64,000 nucleotides of DNA from Dehalococcoidia bacterium (GCA_963666115.2 CAXXET010000007.1:96001-160000); one strand, 5' to 3'. Counted from the first letter of the stretch, positions 9,682-20,757 are shown. The notes: generated by a model not told the origin, from the letters alone. Translations and numbers: made by a program.

Positions 9682-12627
9682 CTACGTGATTCCGGCGGGC
9701 GTTCGTTCGCGGCGTGTGGCGCGGGCGGGCTTGCGGCCATTGGCGGGCTTCTGCTTGATGCCCAGCGCCTCCCGCAGAAAATCGCCGGTGTGGCTGTCGC
9801 TGGCCGCGGCGATCTCCTCCGGCGTTCCCTCTGCAACCAGCTCGCCGCCGCGTTCGCCCGGGCCGGGGCCAAGATCAACGATCCAGTCCGCGTTCTTGAT
9901 CATGTCCAGGTGATGTTCGATGAGCAGGACGGAGTTGCCGCCGTCCACGAGCCGATGCAGGACGGCAAGCAGCATCTCCGCGTCGGAGAACGCGAGTCCG
10001 GTGGTCGGCTCATCGAGGATGTAGAGCGTCTTGCCCGTCGCCCGCTTGGAGAGTTCGGCGGCCAGCTTGACGCGCTGCGCCTCGCCGCCGGAGAGCGTCG
10101 TCGCGGGTTGGCCGAGGCGCATGTAGCCGAGGCCAACGTCCTTCATCGTCTTGAACTTGTTGGCGATGCGCGGGATCGACTCAAACACCTCGACGGCCTG
10201 ATCGAGCGTCATGTTCAGAACGTCGCCGATGCTGTAGCCCTTGTAGGTAATCTCCAGCGCCTCGCGGTTGTAGCGCGCGCCCTTGCACGTATCGCACGGA
10301 ACGGTTACGTCCGGCAGGAACTGCATCTCGATAAGCTGGTAGCCCTCGCCCTTGCACTCCTCGCACCGCCCGCCCTTCACGTTGAAGGAAAAACGCCCGG
10401 GGGCATAGCCGCGCACCCGCGACTCCGGCATGGACGCGAAAAGCTCGCGGATGGGCGTGAACGCGCCGGTGTACGTGGCGGGGTTGGAGCGCGGCGTGCG
10501 CCCAATGGGGGATTGGTCGATGTTCACGACCTTGTCGATGAGATCGAGCCCGTCCACGCCGTCGGACGCGCCGGGAATGTCCTTCGCCCTGTAGAGCGTC
10601 TGGGCAAGCCGCTTGAACAGTACTTCATAGACAAGCGTTGACTTGCCGGAGCCGGAGACACCCGTCACGCACGTCAGCAGACCCAGGGGAATGCGGACAT
10701 CCAGGTTGCGGAGGTTGTTGGCGCGCGCGCCGCGAATGACAAGCTCGCGGCCCTCCTGCGGCGCGCGGCGCTCCTCTCTCATGGGAATCTCGCGTCGACC
10801 GCTCAGATACGCCCCGGTAATCGAATCCTCGGCTGCCGTCACGTCGTCCAGCGTGCCGGTCACAACAACCTCGCCGCCATGCTCCCCCGCGCCCGGCCCC
10901 ATGTCGATGACGTGATCGGACGCGCGCATGACCGCCTCATCATGTTCCACCACGATCACAGTATTGCCGAGATCGCGCAGCCCCTTGAGGGTCTCGATGA
11001 GGCGCGCGTTGTCGACGGGGTGGAGGCCAATGGACGGCTCATCGCAGATATACACGACGCCCATCAGCCCGCTGCCGATCTGTGTCGCAAGGCGGATGCG
11101 CTGCCCCTCGCCGCCGGAGAGCGTGCCTGCGGTCCTGTCTAACGTCAGGTACTCCAGCCCCACGTTCACCAGGAACTCAAGCCGCGCCGAAATCTCCTTG
11201 AGGATCTGGCGGGCAATCGTGGACTCCCGGTTATTGAGCGGCCCGTTCTCAGTGTCCGCAAGACGCTGCGCCCATTCGAGTGCGCGGTCGATGCTCTGCC
11301 CCGTCGCCTCCACAATCGTCTTGTCGTCCACGCGGACGGCAAGCGCCTCTCGGCGCAGCCTCTTGCCCTCGCAGGCAGCACACGGGCGGCGCGCCATGAA
11401 CCGCTCGATCTCCTGCCGCTGGTTGTCGGATTCCGTCTCGCGGTGGCGGCGTGTCAGGTTGGGAATCACTCCCTCAAACCGCGCGCCATAACGGACAATG
11501 CGGCCGCTTCGTGTGCGATGCCGCACCTGGATCTTCTCCACCGTCGTTCCGGAATCCGGGCCATACAGTACAAAATCAAGCTGCTCCGGAGACAGCTCGC
11601 GTACCGGCGCATTCATATCTGCGCCAACCATGGATGTTGCCGACGCAAGCATGGACGTGTACCAGCCGGCCATCGTGCCGGAGCGCGCCCACGGCAAGAC
11701 GGCGCCCTCGGACAGCGCGAGGTCCTTATTCGGAATCACAAGTTCCGGATCAATCACAAGCTTGTAGCCGATGCCGGTGCACTCCGGGCACGCGCCGTGC
11801 GGGCTGTTGAATGAGAACGTGCGCGGCGCGATCTCTCCCAGCGAAATGCCGCACTGCACGCACGCGAACTGCTCGCTGTACAACTCTTCCTCGCCGCTGT
11901 CCGCGTCCAACGTCTGGACGACGCCCTGGCCAAGCCGCAGCGATGTTTCAACGGAGTCCGTCACCCGGCTGCGTATCTCGCCGCGATCCTCCGGAATCAC
12001 CAGGCGGTCAACAACGACCTCGATCGTGTGCCACTGCTGCTTGTTCAGCCTGATGTCCTCGGAAAGGTCGCGTATCTCGCCGTTGACGCGGGCGCGCACG
12101 AATCCGCCCCGCCGCGTCTCATCCAGCAGGCCGTAGTGCTCGCCCTTCTTGCGTCGAACCAGCGGCGCAAGAAGCATCACGCGCTTGCCCGGTTCGGAGT
12201 CCAGGATGGCGTCCACGATCTGCTGCACGGTCTGGCTCTCGATGGGCCGTCCGCAGTTGTAGCAGGACGGATGCCCGATGCGGGCGTACAGCAGCCGCAG
12301 GTAATCGTAGATCTCCGTGACGGTGCCAACTGTAGAACGCGGGTTGTGCGACACGCCCTTCTGGTCGATGGAGATGGCGGGAGACAGCCCCTCGATGTAG
12401 TCCACGTCCGGCTTCTCCATCAGGCCCAGGAACTGGCGCGCGTAGGCGGAGAGGGATTCCACGTAGCGGCGCTGCCCCTCGGCGTAGAGGGTGTCAAAGG
12501 CAAGCGAACTCTTGCCGGAGCCGGACACGCCGGTGATGACCACGAGCTTGTCGCGCGGAATCGTGACGTCGATGTTCTTCAGGCTGTGCTCGCGCGCGCC
12601 CTTGACCTGGATGACTGACGTGGACAT
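9682..12627 (-). CDS. uvrA: Excinuclease ABC subunit A
   Basis: [10 protein letters not shown], two Walker A motifs [13 protein letters not shown] signatures, zinc fingers and [10 protein letters not shown]. Confidence 0.98.
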   Translation of the reverse strand: MSTSVIQVKGAREHSLKNIDVTIPRDKLVVITGVSGSGKSSLAFDTLYAEGQRRYVESLSAYARQFLGLMEKPDVDYIEGLSPAISIDQKGVSHNPRSTVGTVTEIYDYLRLLYARIGHPSCYNCGRPIESQTVQQIVDAILDSEPGKRVMLLAPLVRRKKGEHYGLLDETRRGGFVRARVNGEIRDLSEDIRLNKQQWHTIEVVVDRLVIPEDRGEIRSRVTDSVETSLRLGQGVVQTLDADSGEEELYSEQFACVQCGISLGEIAPRTFSFNSPHGACPECTGIGYKLVIDPELVIPNKDLALSEGAVLPWARSGTMAGWYTSMLASATSMVGADMNAPVRELSPEQLDFVLYGPDSGTTVEKIQVRHRTRSGRIVRYGARFEGVIPNLTRRHRETESDNQRQEIERFMARRPCAACEGKRLRREALAVRVDDKTIVEATGQSIDRALEWAQRLADTENGPLNNRESTIARQILKEISARLEFLVNVGLEYLTLDRTAGTLSGGEGQRIRLATQIGSGLMGVVYICDEPSIGLHPVDNARLIETLKGLRDLGNTVIVVEHDEAVMRASDHVIDMGPGAGEHGGEVVVTGTLDDVTAAEDSITGAYLSGRREIPMREERRAPQEGRELVIRGARANNLRNLDVRIPLGLLTCVTGVSGSGKSTLVYEVLFKRLAQTLYRAKDIPGASDGVDGLDLIDKVVNIDQSPIGRTPRSNPATYTGAFTPIRELFASMPESRVRGYAPGRFSFNVKGGRCEECKGEGYQLIEMQFLPDVTVPCDTCKGARYNREALEITYKGYSIGDVLNMTLDQAVEVFESIPRIANKFKTMKDVGLGYMRLGQPATTLSGGEAQRVKLAAELSKRATGKTLYILDEPTTGLAFSDAEMLLAVLHRLVDGGNSVLLIEHHLDMIKNADWIVDLGPGPGERGGELVAEGTPEEIAAASDSHTGDFLREALGIKQKPANGRKPARATRRERTPAGIT

Positions 12628-12716
12628 AAACCGAATGCGCTCCCTTTCCAACCCCTCCTGCCAGTGTAGGCGCGCCGCGTAGGACTCACAAGCGGGGCGC
12701 GGTGTAGAATACACGC

Positions 12717-13085
12717 ATGGGCATGATTGAAGTCGACATTCAGGTGTCGACTAGAAACGGCGAGAATGAACGGGCGCTGTCAGCGGTCGTCGACACGGGC
12801 TCGTACCTGTCGTCCGTCCCGTCATCGCTGCTTCAGGAGATTGGCGTCACGCCGCATGAGACGCAAAAGTTTGAGCTTGCGGACGGAAGCGTGATTGAAG
12901 AGGCCATCGGATATGCGACCCTGGCGGTCAACGGCCACAGCGTGATCACCCTGGTTTCATTTGGGTCGGACGAAACGGAGGCCCTGCTTGGCGCGCTCAC
13001 CCTCCAGGAGATGCGCCTCACCGTCGATCCGGTGAACGAACTCCTCGCCCCCGCCCCGCCCATCCGCCGCTACAGGAACTACTAG
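12717..13085 (+). CDS. Clan AA (retropepsin-like) aspartic protease
   Basis: VVDTGS catalytic motif, FELADG and LLGALTL. Paralog at 41179. Confidence 0.85.
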   Translation: MGMIEVDIQVSTRNGENERALSAVVDTGSYLSSVPSSLLQEIGVTPHETQKFELADGSVIEEAIGYATLAVNGHSVITLVSFGSDETEALLGALTLQEMRLTVDPVNELLAPAPPIRRYRNY

Positions 13086-13122
13086 CAACCACAGGCGGTC
13101 ATGGAATCCGCTTGTTGCCGTC

Positions 13123-13665
13123 TTACCGCGCCTGAGTCACCCAACGCCACGCGTCCACTACTACGTCGACCGCGCGGTAGTTGTCCAGCCATTGGGCGCC
13201 GTGCAGCGCATACTCCTGGAACTCCTTGAGCGCGGTAAGGGGCACGAGCCACAGAAGCGAGCGACGCCACGTCAGCTCGTAATCCGGCCTGAACCGCAGC
13301 GCCCCCGCCACGAACACGAACCAGAACTCGAACACGTTCGGAAAGAACAGCAGCACCCACCGGTCGCCGATGACCTCGAATGCCAGCACGCCGACGATGC
13401 GAAATCCGAACAGCGCGGCGGCGATGCTGCGCGGCGGGCCGCTCCACCGCAGCGCAACCCACAGGAACGTCACCATGTAGGTGAGGTCGAGCCACTTATC
13501 GAGCGCCTGGTAGTTCCGAACGCCGCCCATATCCAGCAGGTTCATCATGAACAGGTCCGAGAAGTCGATCAGGATGGCCGCAATCGACCCCGCGAACGCC
13601 CACCGCAACACGAGCAGCGCGCCCGCGATACGCGCCGCCGAGATAATGATTTCTTCCGTGGTCAT
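13123..13665 (-). CDS. Hypothetical integral membrane protein
   Basis: Hydrophobic helices, YQALDKWLD and FFPNVFEFW; codon usage matches the host. Confidence 0.7.
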   Translation of the reverse strand: MTTEEIIISAARIAGALLVLRWAFAGSIAAILIDFSDLFMMNLLDMGGVRNYQALDKWLDLTYMVTFLWVALRWSGPPRSIAAALFGFRIVGVLAFEVIGDRWVLLFFPNVFEFWFVFVAGALRFRPDYELTWRRSLLWLVPLTALKEFQEYALHGAQWLDNYRAVDVVVDAWRWVTQAR

Positions 13666-13678
13666 GTAGTGGGCGCAG

Positions 13679-14647
13679 CTACGGAATCAGCAGCAGCTTG
13701 CCGGTCGTTTGGCGGGATTCGAGGCGGCGGTGCGCCTCTGCGGCGTCCTGCAATGGAAAACGCTCCGAGATTCGCAGCGAGAGCCTGCCGTCCGCGATCC
13801 AACCCAGCACGTCGCCCGCCCGCCACTCCAACTCTTCCCGTGTAACCGTGTAGTTGAACAGCGAAGGCCGCGTCAGGTACAGGGACTTGGCGTTCAGCGC
13901 GAGCGGCGCGATCGGAGGCACGACGCCGCTCGATTGCCCGTACATCACCAGGTAGCCGCGCACGCCGAGACTGGCAATCGAACCCTCATACGTCGTCGCG
14001 CCAACAGAGTCATAGGCCACCTGGCAGCCCGCGCCGTCCGTGACGCGCATCACGGCCTCCTGGAAATCCTCCTGCGTGTACAGCACCACGTGATCCGCGC
14101 CCGCCCCCCGCGCAAGTTCCGCCTTCTCCTCTGTCGATACCGTCGTGATGACCGTCGCGCCGCGCATCTTGGCCATCTGGACCAGCAGCAGGCCGACGCC
14201 CCCCGCGCCCGCGTGCACAAGCGCCGTATCGCCGGCAGTGAGCGGGTACGTGGAATGGGACAAATAGTGCGCGGTCATGCCCTGGAGCATCGACGCCGCG
14301 CCCTGCTCCGCCGAGATGCCGTCCGGCAGGACGATAAGGCGGTCTGCAGGAACAACGACCCGCTCCGCGTAGGATCGAGATGCGCCCGTGTACGCGACAA
14401 CATCGCCAACGGCGGGCGCGGCGACGCCGTCACCAACCTCCACGACAGTTCCCGCGCCCTCGCCCCCCAGGATCGTCGGCAGCGGCCCCTGCCCATACAG
14501 CCCCGTCCGCCCATACACGTCCATATAGTTGATGCCGGACGCCGCAAGTTCCACCACCGCCTCCCCCGGCCCGGCCACAGGATCATCAACCTCCCCGTAC
14601 TCCAAAACCTCCGGCCCGCCATACCCCAAAATCTGAACCGCCTTCAT
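13679..14647 (-). CDS. qor: NADPH:quinone oxidoreductase (zeta-crystallin/MDR family)
   Basis: GGPEVL, GINYMD, LQGMTAHYL, HAGAGGVG, YDSVG and TTGKLLL. Confidence 0.9.
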   Translation of the reverse strand: MKAVQILGYGGPEVLEYGEVDDPVAGPGEAVVELAASGINYMDVYGRTGLYGQGPLPTILGGEGAGTVVEVGDGVAAPAVGDVVAYTGASRSYAERVVVPADRLIVLPDGISAEQGAASMLQGMTAHYLSHSTYPLTAGDTALVHAGAGGVGLLLVQMAKMRGATVITTVSTEEKAELARGAGADHVVLYTQEDFQEAVMRVTDGAGCQVAYDSVGATTYEGSIASLGVRGYLVMYGQSSGVVPPIAPLALNAKSLYLTRPSLFNYTVTREELEWRAGDVLGWIADGRLSLRISERFPLQDAAEAHRRLESRQTTGKLLLIP

Positions 14648-14724
14648 CCCATCTACTCCTTGCGTTCGATCAACCCTGCGTCCACGAGGACGAATCCCCC
14701 ACCAACTATAACGGCGCAACCCCC

Positions 14725-15747
14725 CTAACAGAACGGCAGGCCAAGCCGGCCAAAGTCGTTGGACTGCACATCTCGCAGGGTTGCCGGAACACACCCCTCC
14801 AATTGATTGCCGGCAAGGGTCAACCACGTCAGATTTGTCAGTTTGCCTAGTTCCACGGGTATTCCACCGCTTAAATCATTGTTGCTGAGCATCAAACCCA
14901 TCAGGTTGGTCAGGTTGCCCAGTCCCACGGGTATCTCGCCACTCAACTCGTTGTCTCCAAGAATGAGCCACTTTAAGTCTGTCAGGCTAGCCAGTTCTGC
15001 TGGTATCCCACCGCCCAACTCGTTGTCTGCGAGAAAGAAATATGTCAGTAATGTCAGGTTACCGAGTTCCGGTGGTATGCTGCCGCTCAGTTGGTTTCCG
15101 TCGAGACCCAACCCTGTCAACTCTATTAGATTGCCTAGCTCTGACGGTATCTCGCCGCTCAACTGATTGTTCGAGAGATACAAGGCCCTCAATGTAGTCA
15201 GATCGCCCAATTCCACTGGTATCTCACCATCCAGTTGGTTACCGCTGAGTATTATACCTGTCAGGTTGGGTAATCTACTCAGTTCCGTCGGTATGTCACC
15301 AGTCAACTGGTTCTTTGCAAGGTCCAAGACTGCCAAGTTGGGCAGGTTACTCAACTCCGTCGGTATTCTGCCGAATAACTGGTTTTCTTGGAGAGCTAAA
15401 AAGTCCAGGTGGCTCAATTCCCCTAGTTTGGCTGGTATCCTGCCGTTCAATTCATTTTCCATGAGGATCAATGCCGTGACACGCCCCTTGTCATTGGCGA
15501 CCACACCATACCACTCATTAGGAGGCGCATCAGTTAGCCAGTTGTCTTTGCGGCTCCAGTTGTCTCCGTTCGTCGAGTAATAGAACTCCTCCAGTATGTC
15601 TCTGTCCCTGTCATCTATAGGTATCAGGTTAGGTGTAGGTTCAGGCGTAGCCGTCGAACGCGGAACGCCGCAGGCCATCAGCGCGGTCGAAAGTACCAGT
15701 GCCAAAATCAGCAGGAGCACCCGCCTATAAGTGGTTTCTAACGCCAT
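14725..15747 (-). CDS. Plant-type leucine-rich-repeat lipoprotein
   Basis: Lipobox LMAC, a cap region (FYYSTNGDNW...WYGV) and ten 24-aa LxLxxNxLxGxIPxELxxL repeats; lower GC than neighbours. Confidence 0.9.
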   Translation of the reverse strand: MALETTYRRVLLLILALVLSTALMACGVPRSTATPEPTPNLIPIDDRDRDILEEFYYSTNGDNWSRKDNWLTDAPPNEWYGVVANDKGRVTALILMENELNGRIPAKLGELSHLDFLALQENQLFGRIPTELSNLPNLAVLDLAKNQLTGDIPTELSRLPNLTGIILSGNQLDGEIPVELGDLTTLRALYLSNNQLSGEIPSELGNLIELTGLGLDGNQLSGSIPPELGNLTLLTYFFLADNELGGGIPAELASLTDLKWLILGDNELSGEIPVGLGNLTNLMGLMLSNNDLSGGIPVELGKLTNLTWLTLAGNQLEGCVPATLRDVQSNDFGRLGLPFC

Positions 15748-15763
15748 CTCGATTGCCCCGTCT

Positions 15764-18028
15764 CTACTCCTGCCCGTTCAGCGCCCGGTACACCCTCTCC
15801 GCCGTGATAGGCAACTGCGTGACTCGCGCCCCGGACGCGGCGGCAACCGCGTTGGCGATGGCAGGCGAAGACAACACGATGGGCGTGTCGCCGATCCCGC
15901 GCACCTGGTACGGCCCGTGCCCCGTCTCAGACTCCAGCACCACCACGTCCATACGCGCCCCGTCGCCCTGCGTCTGGAGCTTGTAGTCGGCAAAGGAGGG
16001 GTTTGTGATGCTCCCGTCCTGCTCCACGAGCTCCTCGGAAAGCGCGTGCCCGATCCCCTGCACGGAGCCGCCCTCGATCTGGCCGACGAAGCCCATCGGG
16101 TTCAGCACGCGCCCCGTCTCATGCGCGGCGGTGTAGCGGCGCAGCGTCACGCGTCCGGTCTCCGGATCAACCTCCACCTCCGCGATATGCGCCCCGAACG
16201 AGATATACGGGCTGCTGTCTCCCTCATCCACGCTGACCTGTCCGCCGACGGGCTCTCCCGCCCGCGATGCGATGTCCTCGATGGGAACTGCGGCGGCGCG
16301 GCCCTCGCCCCTCACCGTGCCGTCCTCGAACTCGATTGACTCCTCCGTCCACCCGTAGAACTCCGCAGCCAAACGGCGCAGATTCCGCTTGGCCTCCTGG
16401 CTGGCCTCAAACGCCGCCCGGCTCGAGACTCGCGCCCCGCGCTGACCGCCGATCCCCCAGTCGCGCACGCCGGCCTCCGTCGACCATGCCTCCACGGTGA
16501 CGCGCTCGATTGGCAGCCCAAGCTCCTCGGCGACGATCTGGGCAAGGATGGTGCCGGTGCCGACGCCGGGGTCGTAGGTCATCGTATTGACGACAACGCG
16601 GCCATCGGGATGGATGGTGACGGCGGCGGGCGAATCGAACCCCGTATCGCTCTGGCCGTGCAGGGCGATGCCGCGTCCGACGTTTCGGAACGTTGGCGTT
16701 GTGTACTCCGCTGCCTCAACGGCGGCGCGAAGAACTTCCTCGGCTCGCAGCGCCTGGTAGCCGGGCAAGCCGCGCCGCGTAACGGGGCTCCACCCCCGGT
16801 CCGGGTGCGCCTCGCTGGAGGCATGGACGATGTTGCGCAGCCGCAGGTCCAGCGGATTGAGACCAAGCTGGGCGGCGACCTCATCGATGATCGACTCGGA
16901 GGCAAAGACAGACTGCATCAGGCCGGGGCCGCGGAAATACCCGCATGGAACGGTGTTCGTGTAGACCTGGTTTGAGATGATGCGGACGTTCTCGATGCGA
17001 TACGGCTCCACCATGGCGGTGCGCAGCATGCCGCCGTAGGCAGGAACGGGGGCGTAGGCGGCGTAGGCGCCCGTTGCGAAAAAGCCCTCCGCGTCCCACG
17101 CCACGATCAGCCCGTCATGGCGCGCGCCGACGCGCACCCGCACAACCGACGGATGGCGCGGATTCATGGCGGAGAACTCCTCCGCGTAGTCCATGACCCA
17201 CTTGACCGGCCGGCCGGTCTTCTTCGCAAGGAAATAGCCCACCGCCACGCCCGTCGGGTCCATCTTCCCCCCGAACGACCCTCCGAGAGGGACGGGGTGG
17301 ATGATCACGTCTTCGCGCGGCAAACCCATCACGCGCGCCAGGTGTGGACGCCGCCCCGTCGGCATCTGGCATGACATCCAAATATGGGCGCGTCCCTCTT
17401 CGTCCACGTCCACGACGCAGGCGTGCGGCTCAAGATAGGCCTGGTGGACGCGGGGCGTGCGGAATTCCCGCTCGACGATGACGTCCGCCTCACGGAACGC
17501 CGCGTCAACGTCGCCCCATTCATGCGCCATCCGCCCATAGTTGTTGCTCAGTTCGTCGAGCTGTTCCACGCCGCGATAGGAGTTGTACTCCGGATGAAGC
17601 AGCACGGCGTCGGGCCTGGCCGCCTCCTCGGGGTCGAGCAGGGCCGGCAGTTCCTCATAAGTGACGTCGATCAGAGAAAGCGCGGCATTCGCGATGTCGG
17701 CGTCCTCCGCGACAACCGCCGCCACCTTGTCGCCAATGAACCGAATGCGGTCCGCAGACGCCAGTATCGGCTCATCCACGTAGAGGTTCCCCGCGCGGAT
17801 ATCGGGCACGTCATCCCCGGTGAGGACGCCGTGGACGCCGGGCAGCGCAAGCGCGCGCGAGGCGTCGATGCTGGTGACGCGGGCGTGCGGCACGGGTGAG
17901 CGAAGATACTTGAGCCAGAGCGCGTTCGGCGGCGCCACGTCCAGGGCATACCGGGCGCGCCCCGTAACCTTGTCAGGCCCATCGACTGCGCGGACCGATT
18001 TGCCGATCACCCGATACTCAGTCGTCAT
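15764..18028 (-). CDS. Xanthine dehydrogenase/CoxL-family molybdopterin-binding subunit
   Basis: DKVTGRARY, RSPVPHA, QAYLEPH, GGSFGGK, YFRGPG, GQIEGG..QGIG and AIANAV. Confidence 0.92.
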   Translation of the reverse strand: MTTEYRVIGKSVRAVDGPDKVTGRARYALDVAPPNALWLKYLRSPVPHARVTSIDASRALALPGVHGVLTGDDVPDIRAGNLYVDEPILASADRIRFIGDKVAAVVAEDADIANAALSLIDVTYEELPALLDPEEAARPDAVLLHPEYNSYRGVEQLDELSNNYGRMAHEWGDVDAAFREADVIVEREFRTPRVHQAYLEPHACVVDVDEEGRAHIWMSCQMPTGRRPHLARVMGLPREDVIIHPVPLGGSFGGKMDPTGVAVGYFLAKKTGRPVKWVMDYAEEFSAMNPRHPSVVRVRVGARHDGLIVAWDAEGFFATGAYAAYAPVPAYGGMLRTAMVEPYRIENVRIISNQVYTNTVPCGYFRGPGLMQSVFASESIIDEVAAQLGLNPLDLRLRNIVHASSEAHPDRGWSPVTRRGLPGYQALRAEEVLRAAVEAAEYTTPTFRNVGRGIALHGQSDTGFDSPAAVTIHPDGRVVVNTMTYDPGVGTGTILAQIVAEELGLPIERVTVEAWSTEAGVRDWGIGGQRGARVSSRAAFEASQEAKRNLRRLAAEFYGWTEESIEFEDGTVRGEGRAAAVPIEDIASRAGEPVGGQVSVDEGDSSPYISFGAHIAEVEVDPETGRVTLRRYTAAHETGRVLNPMGFVGQIEGGSVQGIGHALSEELVEQDGSITNPSFADYKLQTQGDGARMDVVVLESETGHGPYQVRGIGDTPIVLSSPAIANAVAAASGARVTQLPITAERVYRALNGQE

Positions 18029-18204
18029 GGCGCCTCCCCGGCCTAACGGCCCGCCTAACTCCCCACCCACTGAGTCTAGCGCACAACATCGGCAAAGTGG
18101 CTTGCGTGGGGACGCCAAAAAGGGGCAACATGGGCGGGCGGACGCCTCCCGTGGTTCCGGGGTGGGGGCGAGAATGTGAAAGCCAAGACAAGTGGGGGTG
18201 CTAC

Positions 18205-18951
18205 ATGGCTGGCTACGAGGGCATGATTGCGGAGATCACGACGGTCAAGGGCTACAACGGTGATGAAATCGCGGCATATTACGCGCGCCCGCTTGGCCCC
18301 GGCCCCTTTCCGGGCGTCGTGCTGATACACCACGCGCCGGGCTGGGACGAATGGTACCGCGAGGCGACGCGCAAGTTCGCCCATCACGGCTACCTGGCAA
18401 TCTCCCCGAACCTCTATGAACGCGAGGGGACCGGCAGCCCGGACGATGTCGCCGCCGCAGTCCGTGCCGCAGGCGGCGTGGCGGACGATCAGGCCGTCGG
18501 CGATATTGACGGCTCGATGCGATTCCTCCGCTCATTGCCCCAAACGAACGGCAAGGTCGGCGTGTTCGGCACGTGCTCCGGCGGACGCCAGGCTTACCTG
18601 GCGGGCTGCGCCGGCGGTTTCGACGCCGTCGTGAACTGCTGGGGCGGGCGCATCGTCATGTCCGACGATGAGAAGTCCGAGAAGATGCCCGTCGCGCCAA
18701 TCGACTACACGGAGAAGCTGAGCGCGCCCATCCTCGGCCTGTTCGGCAACGACGACACCAACCCGACGCAGGCGCACGTGAACACGTTGGAGGAGGCCCT
18801 CAAGCATCACGGCAAGGAATACGAGTTCCACCGCTATGACGGCGCGGGGCACGGTTTCTTCTACTACGACCGGACCAACTACCGCATTGAGCAGGCGCTG
18901 GACGGCTGGGAGAAGCTCTTCCACTTCTTCGCCCAGCATCTGGCCGCCTAG
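18205..18951 (+). CDS. Dienelactone hydrolase family protein
   Basis: GVFGTCSGG (Cys nucleophile), GNDD.NP and YDGAGHGF. Confidence 0.9.
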   Translation: MAGYEGMIAEITTVKGYNGDEIAAYYARPLGPGPFPGVVLIHHAPGWDEWYREATRKFAHHGYLAISPNLYEREGTGSPDDVAAAVRAAGGVADDQAVGDIDGSMRFLRSLPQTNGKVGVFGTCSGGRQAYLAGCAGGFDAVVNCWGGRIVMSDDEKSEKMPVAPIDYTEKLSAPILGLFGNDDTNPTQAHVNTLEEALKHHGKEYEFHRYDGAGHGFFYYDRTNYRIEQALDGWEKLFHFFAQHLAA

Positions 18952-18965
18952 GCCGCAAAGCGAAC

Positions 18966-19002
18966 AATCCCCTCTCCCCCTGGGAGAGGGCTAGGGTGAG
19001 GG
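18966..19002 (+). repeat. REP-like element, family C (CCCCTCTCCC-n3-GGGAGAGGG-n-TAGGGTGAGGG)
   Basis: Near-identical second copy at 19937-19973. Confidence 0.85.
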
Positions 19003-19010
19003 CAACAGAA

Positions 19011-19295
19011 ATGTGCACCTGGATAGTCCAATCCGCAGAACTGAACGGCAGCGGCAAGTCCGCAGACGGCTGGATCCCCATCACGAAGGCCAACGTCTGC
19101 TATGACCATCCCGCCCACGCCTTCATGGACCACAGCGTCAACATCGACTTCGTCAACGAGAACGGCGCGCTGGGAGACCGTGTCGCCGTGGAGATCAGCG
19201 CGGAGTCGGCGCGGCAGCTCGTGGACGCGATACTCGCCGCGCTGGAAGAGGGCAGCAAGGAGCACGGAGACTTGCTGGCCGCCGGCAGCGGTTAA
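19011..19295 (+). CDS. Conserved hypothetical protein (DUF6295-like)
   Basis: MCT...GSGK..GW...YDHP.HA..HSVNIDFVN...RVAVEIS.ESAR matches a family I recall; assignment unverified. Confidence 0.7.
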   Translation: MCTWIVQSAELNGSGKSADGWIPITKANVCYDHPAHAFMDHSVNIDFVNENGALGDRVAVEISAESARQLVDAILAALEEGSKEHGDLLAAGSG

Positions 19296-19370
19296 ATCCG
19301 TATGATGGAACGGTGAGCGGCGCCGAGCGAATGGGCGCTGCCGGCTACGGTACGTGAAAGGACGGATGAC

Positions 19371-19937
19371 ATGGTGAACGGCGCTGGTGACGGCGGACGG
19401 CAGTTGCAAACGGCCACGCTCGGCGGCGGGTGCTTCTGGTGCCTGGAGGCCGTGTACGAGCTGGTCGACGGCGTCGAAAGCGTCGTGTCCGGCTATGCGG
19501 CGGGCCACGTCGCAAACCCCACCTATGAGCAGGTCTGCACCGGAACGACCGGCCATGCCGAGGTGACGCAGATCACGTTCGACCCGCAAGTCGTTTCGTT
19601 CGCCCACCTGCTGGACATCTTTTTCACAATCCATGATCCAACGACCCTCAATCGGCAGGGCTACGACGTCGGCCCGCAGTACCGTTCGATCATCCTCCAC
19701 CACGACGACGAGCAGAAAACGGAGGCGGACGCCGCGATCAAGCGGGTGGCGGACGAGGGGCTGTACCGGGAGCCCGTCGTGACCCAGGTGGAGCCGCTGG
19801 ACGTCTTCTATCGCGCGGAGGACTACCACCAGGAGTATTTCCGCAGCAACCCCGGCGCGTCATACTGCCAGGTCATCATCGAGCCAAAGGTCGCCAAGTT
19901 CCGCCAAAAGTACCTGGCAAACGTAGCAACTGCCTAA
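19371..19937 (+). CDS. msrA: Peptide-methionine (S)-S-oxide reductase
   Basis: GGGCFWC, HDPTTLNRQG, QYRS and AEDYHQEY. Confidence 0.96.
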   Translation: MVNGAGDGGRQLQTATLGGGCFWCLEAVYELVDGVESVVSGYAAGHVANPTYEQVCTGTTGHAEVTQITFDPQVVSFAHLLDIFFTIHDPTTLNRQGYDVGPQYRSIILHHDDEQKTEADAAIKRVADEGLYREPVVTQVEPLDVFYRAEDYHQEYFRSNPGASYCQVIIEPKVAKFRQKYLANVATA

Positions 19938-19973
19938 ATCCCCTCTCCCTGAGGGAGAGGGTTAGGGTGAGGG
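19937..19973 (+). repeat. REP-like element, family C, second copy
   Basis: AATCCCCTCTCCCTGAGGGAGAGGGTTAGGGTGAGGG. Confidence 0.85.
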
Positions 19974-19982
19974 GGTGTACCA

Positions 19983-20387
19983 ATGAGCACAACAGAAGAC
20001 GCTCGCTACCGCGAAAAGCTGACGGACATGCAGTACCACGTGACCCAGGAAAAGGGCACGGAGCCGCCCTTCACCGGCATCTACTGGAACGAGCATGAGC
20101 CCGGCGTCTACCGCTGCATCTGTTGCGATACGCCCCTGTTCAGTTCCAAGACCAAGTACGACTCCGGCACGGGGTGGCCCAGCTTCTACGAGCCGCTGGC
20201 GGACGCGGTCATCAAGGAGGAACAGGACCGCTCGTTCGGCATGATCCGCACGGAGGTCATGTGCGGGAAGTGCGGCGCGCACCTCGGACACCTCTTCCCG
20301 GACGGCCCTGCCCCAACCGGCCTCCGCTACTGCCTCAATTCCGCCTCGCTCCGGCTCGATGCCGAGTCCGCCTCCGAGTCCGCCTAA
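19983..20387 (+). CDS. msrB: Peptide-methionine (R)-S-oxide reductase
   Basis: [33 protein letters not shown] and two CxxC zinc pairs. Confidence 0.96.
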   Translation: MSTTEDARYREKLTDMQYHVTQEKGTEPPFTGIYWNEHEPGVYRCICCDTPLFSSKTKYDSGTGWPSFYEPLADAVIKEEQDRSFGMIRTEVMCGKCGAHLGHLFPDGPAPTGLRYCLNSASLRLDAESASESA

Positions 20388-20449
20388 CGCTGTACCCTAG
20401 GCGATATACTAAACGCGGCGGAATCAACCGGGAGGCGGCACGCGAGACC

Positions 20450-20734
20450 ATGGTGGCAAGCTTAAAAGTTCCGACGGCCATGCGGCGCATCACGGACGGC
20501 GTCGACCGTATCGACGTGCCTGCGGGGTTGCTGACGGACGCGCTGGACATCCTGGAGGAGCGCTTCCCCGGCATAAAGACGCGGGTGCTGGACGACGTCA
20601 CCGGCGATATTCACCCGTTCGTCTCCATTTTCCTGAATGACAACGACATCATGTACTTGCGTGGGCTTGAGACGGAAGTAAAAGACGGCGATGAGATCGT
20701 CATCGTGCCGGCAATCGCGGGGGGCGCGGCATGA
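20450..20734 (+). CDS. MoaD/ThiS/CysO-like ubiquitin-fold sulfur carrier
   Basis: VSIFLNDNDI..L.GLET.VKDGDEI.IVPAIAGG followed by AA; SD GGAGG upstream. Confidence 0.88.
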   Translation: MVASLKVPTAMRRITDGVDRIDVPAGLLTDALDILEERFPGIKTRVLDDVTGDIHPFVSIFLNDNDIMYLRGLETEVKDGDEIVIVPAIAGGAA

Positions 20735-20757
20735 TTTACCGGAGGCGCAGCCGCGAC

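Noticed and set aside
15764-18028. Aerobic CO dehydrogenase CoxL
   Set aside because: The active-site loop is GYFRGPG, not AYxCSFR or AYRGAGR, and no coxM/coxS genes are adjacent; it is a generic molybdenum hydroxylase subunit.
19371-20387. msrA/msrB as additional selenoproteins
   Set aside because: Both have ordinary Cys codons at the catalytic motifs (GCFWC, RYCLNS) and no in-frame TGA.
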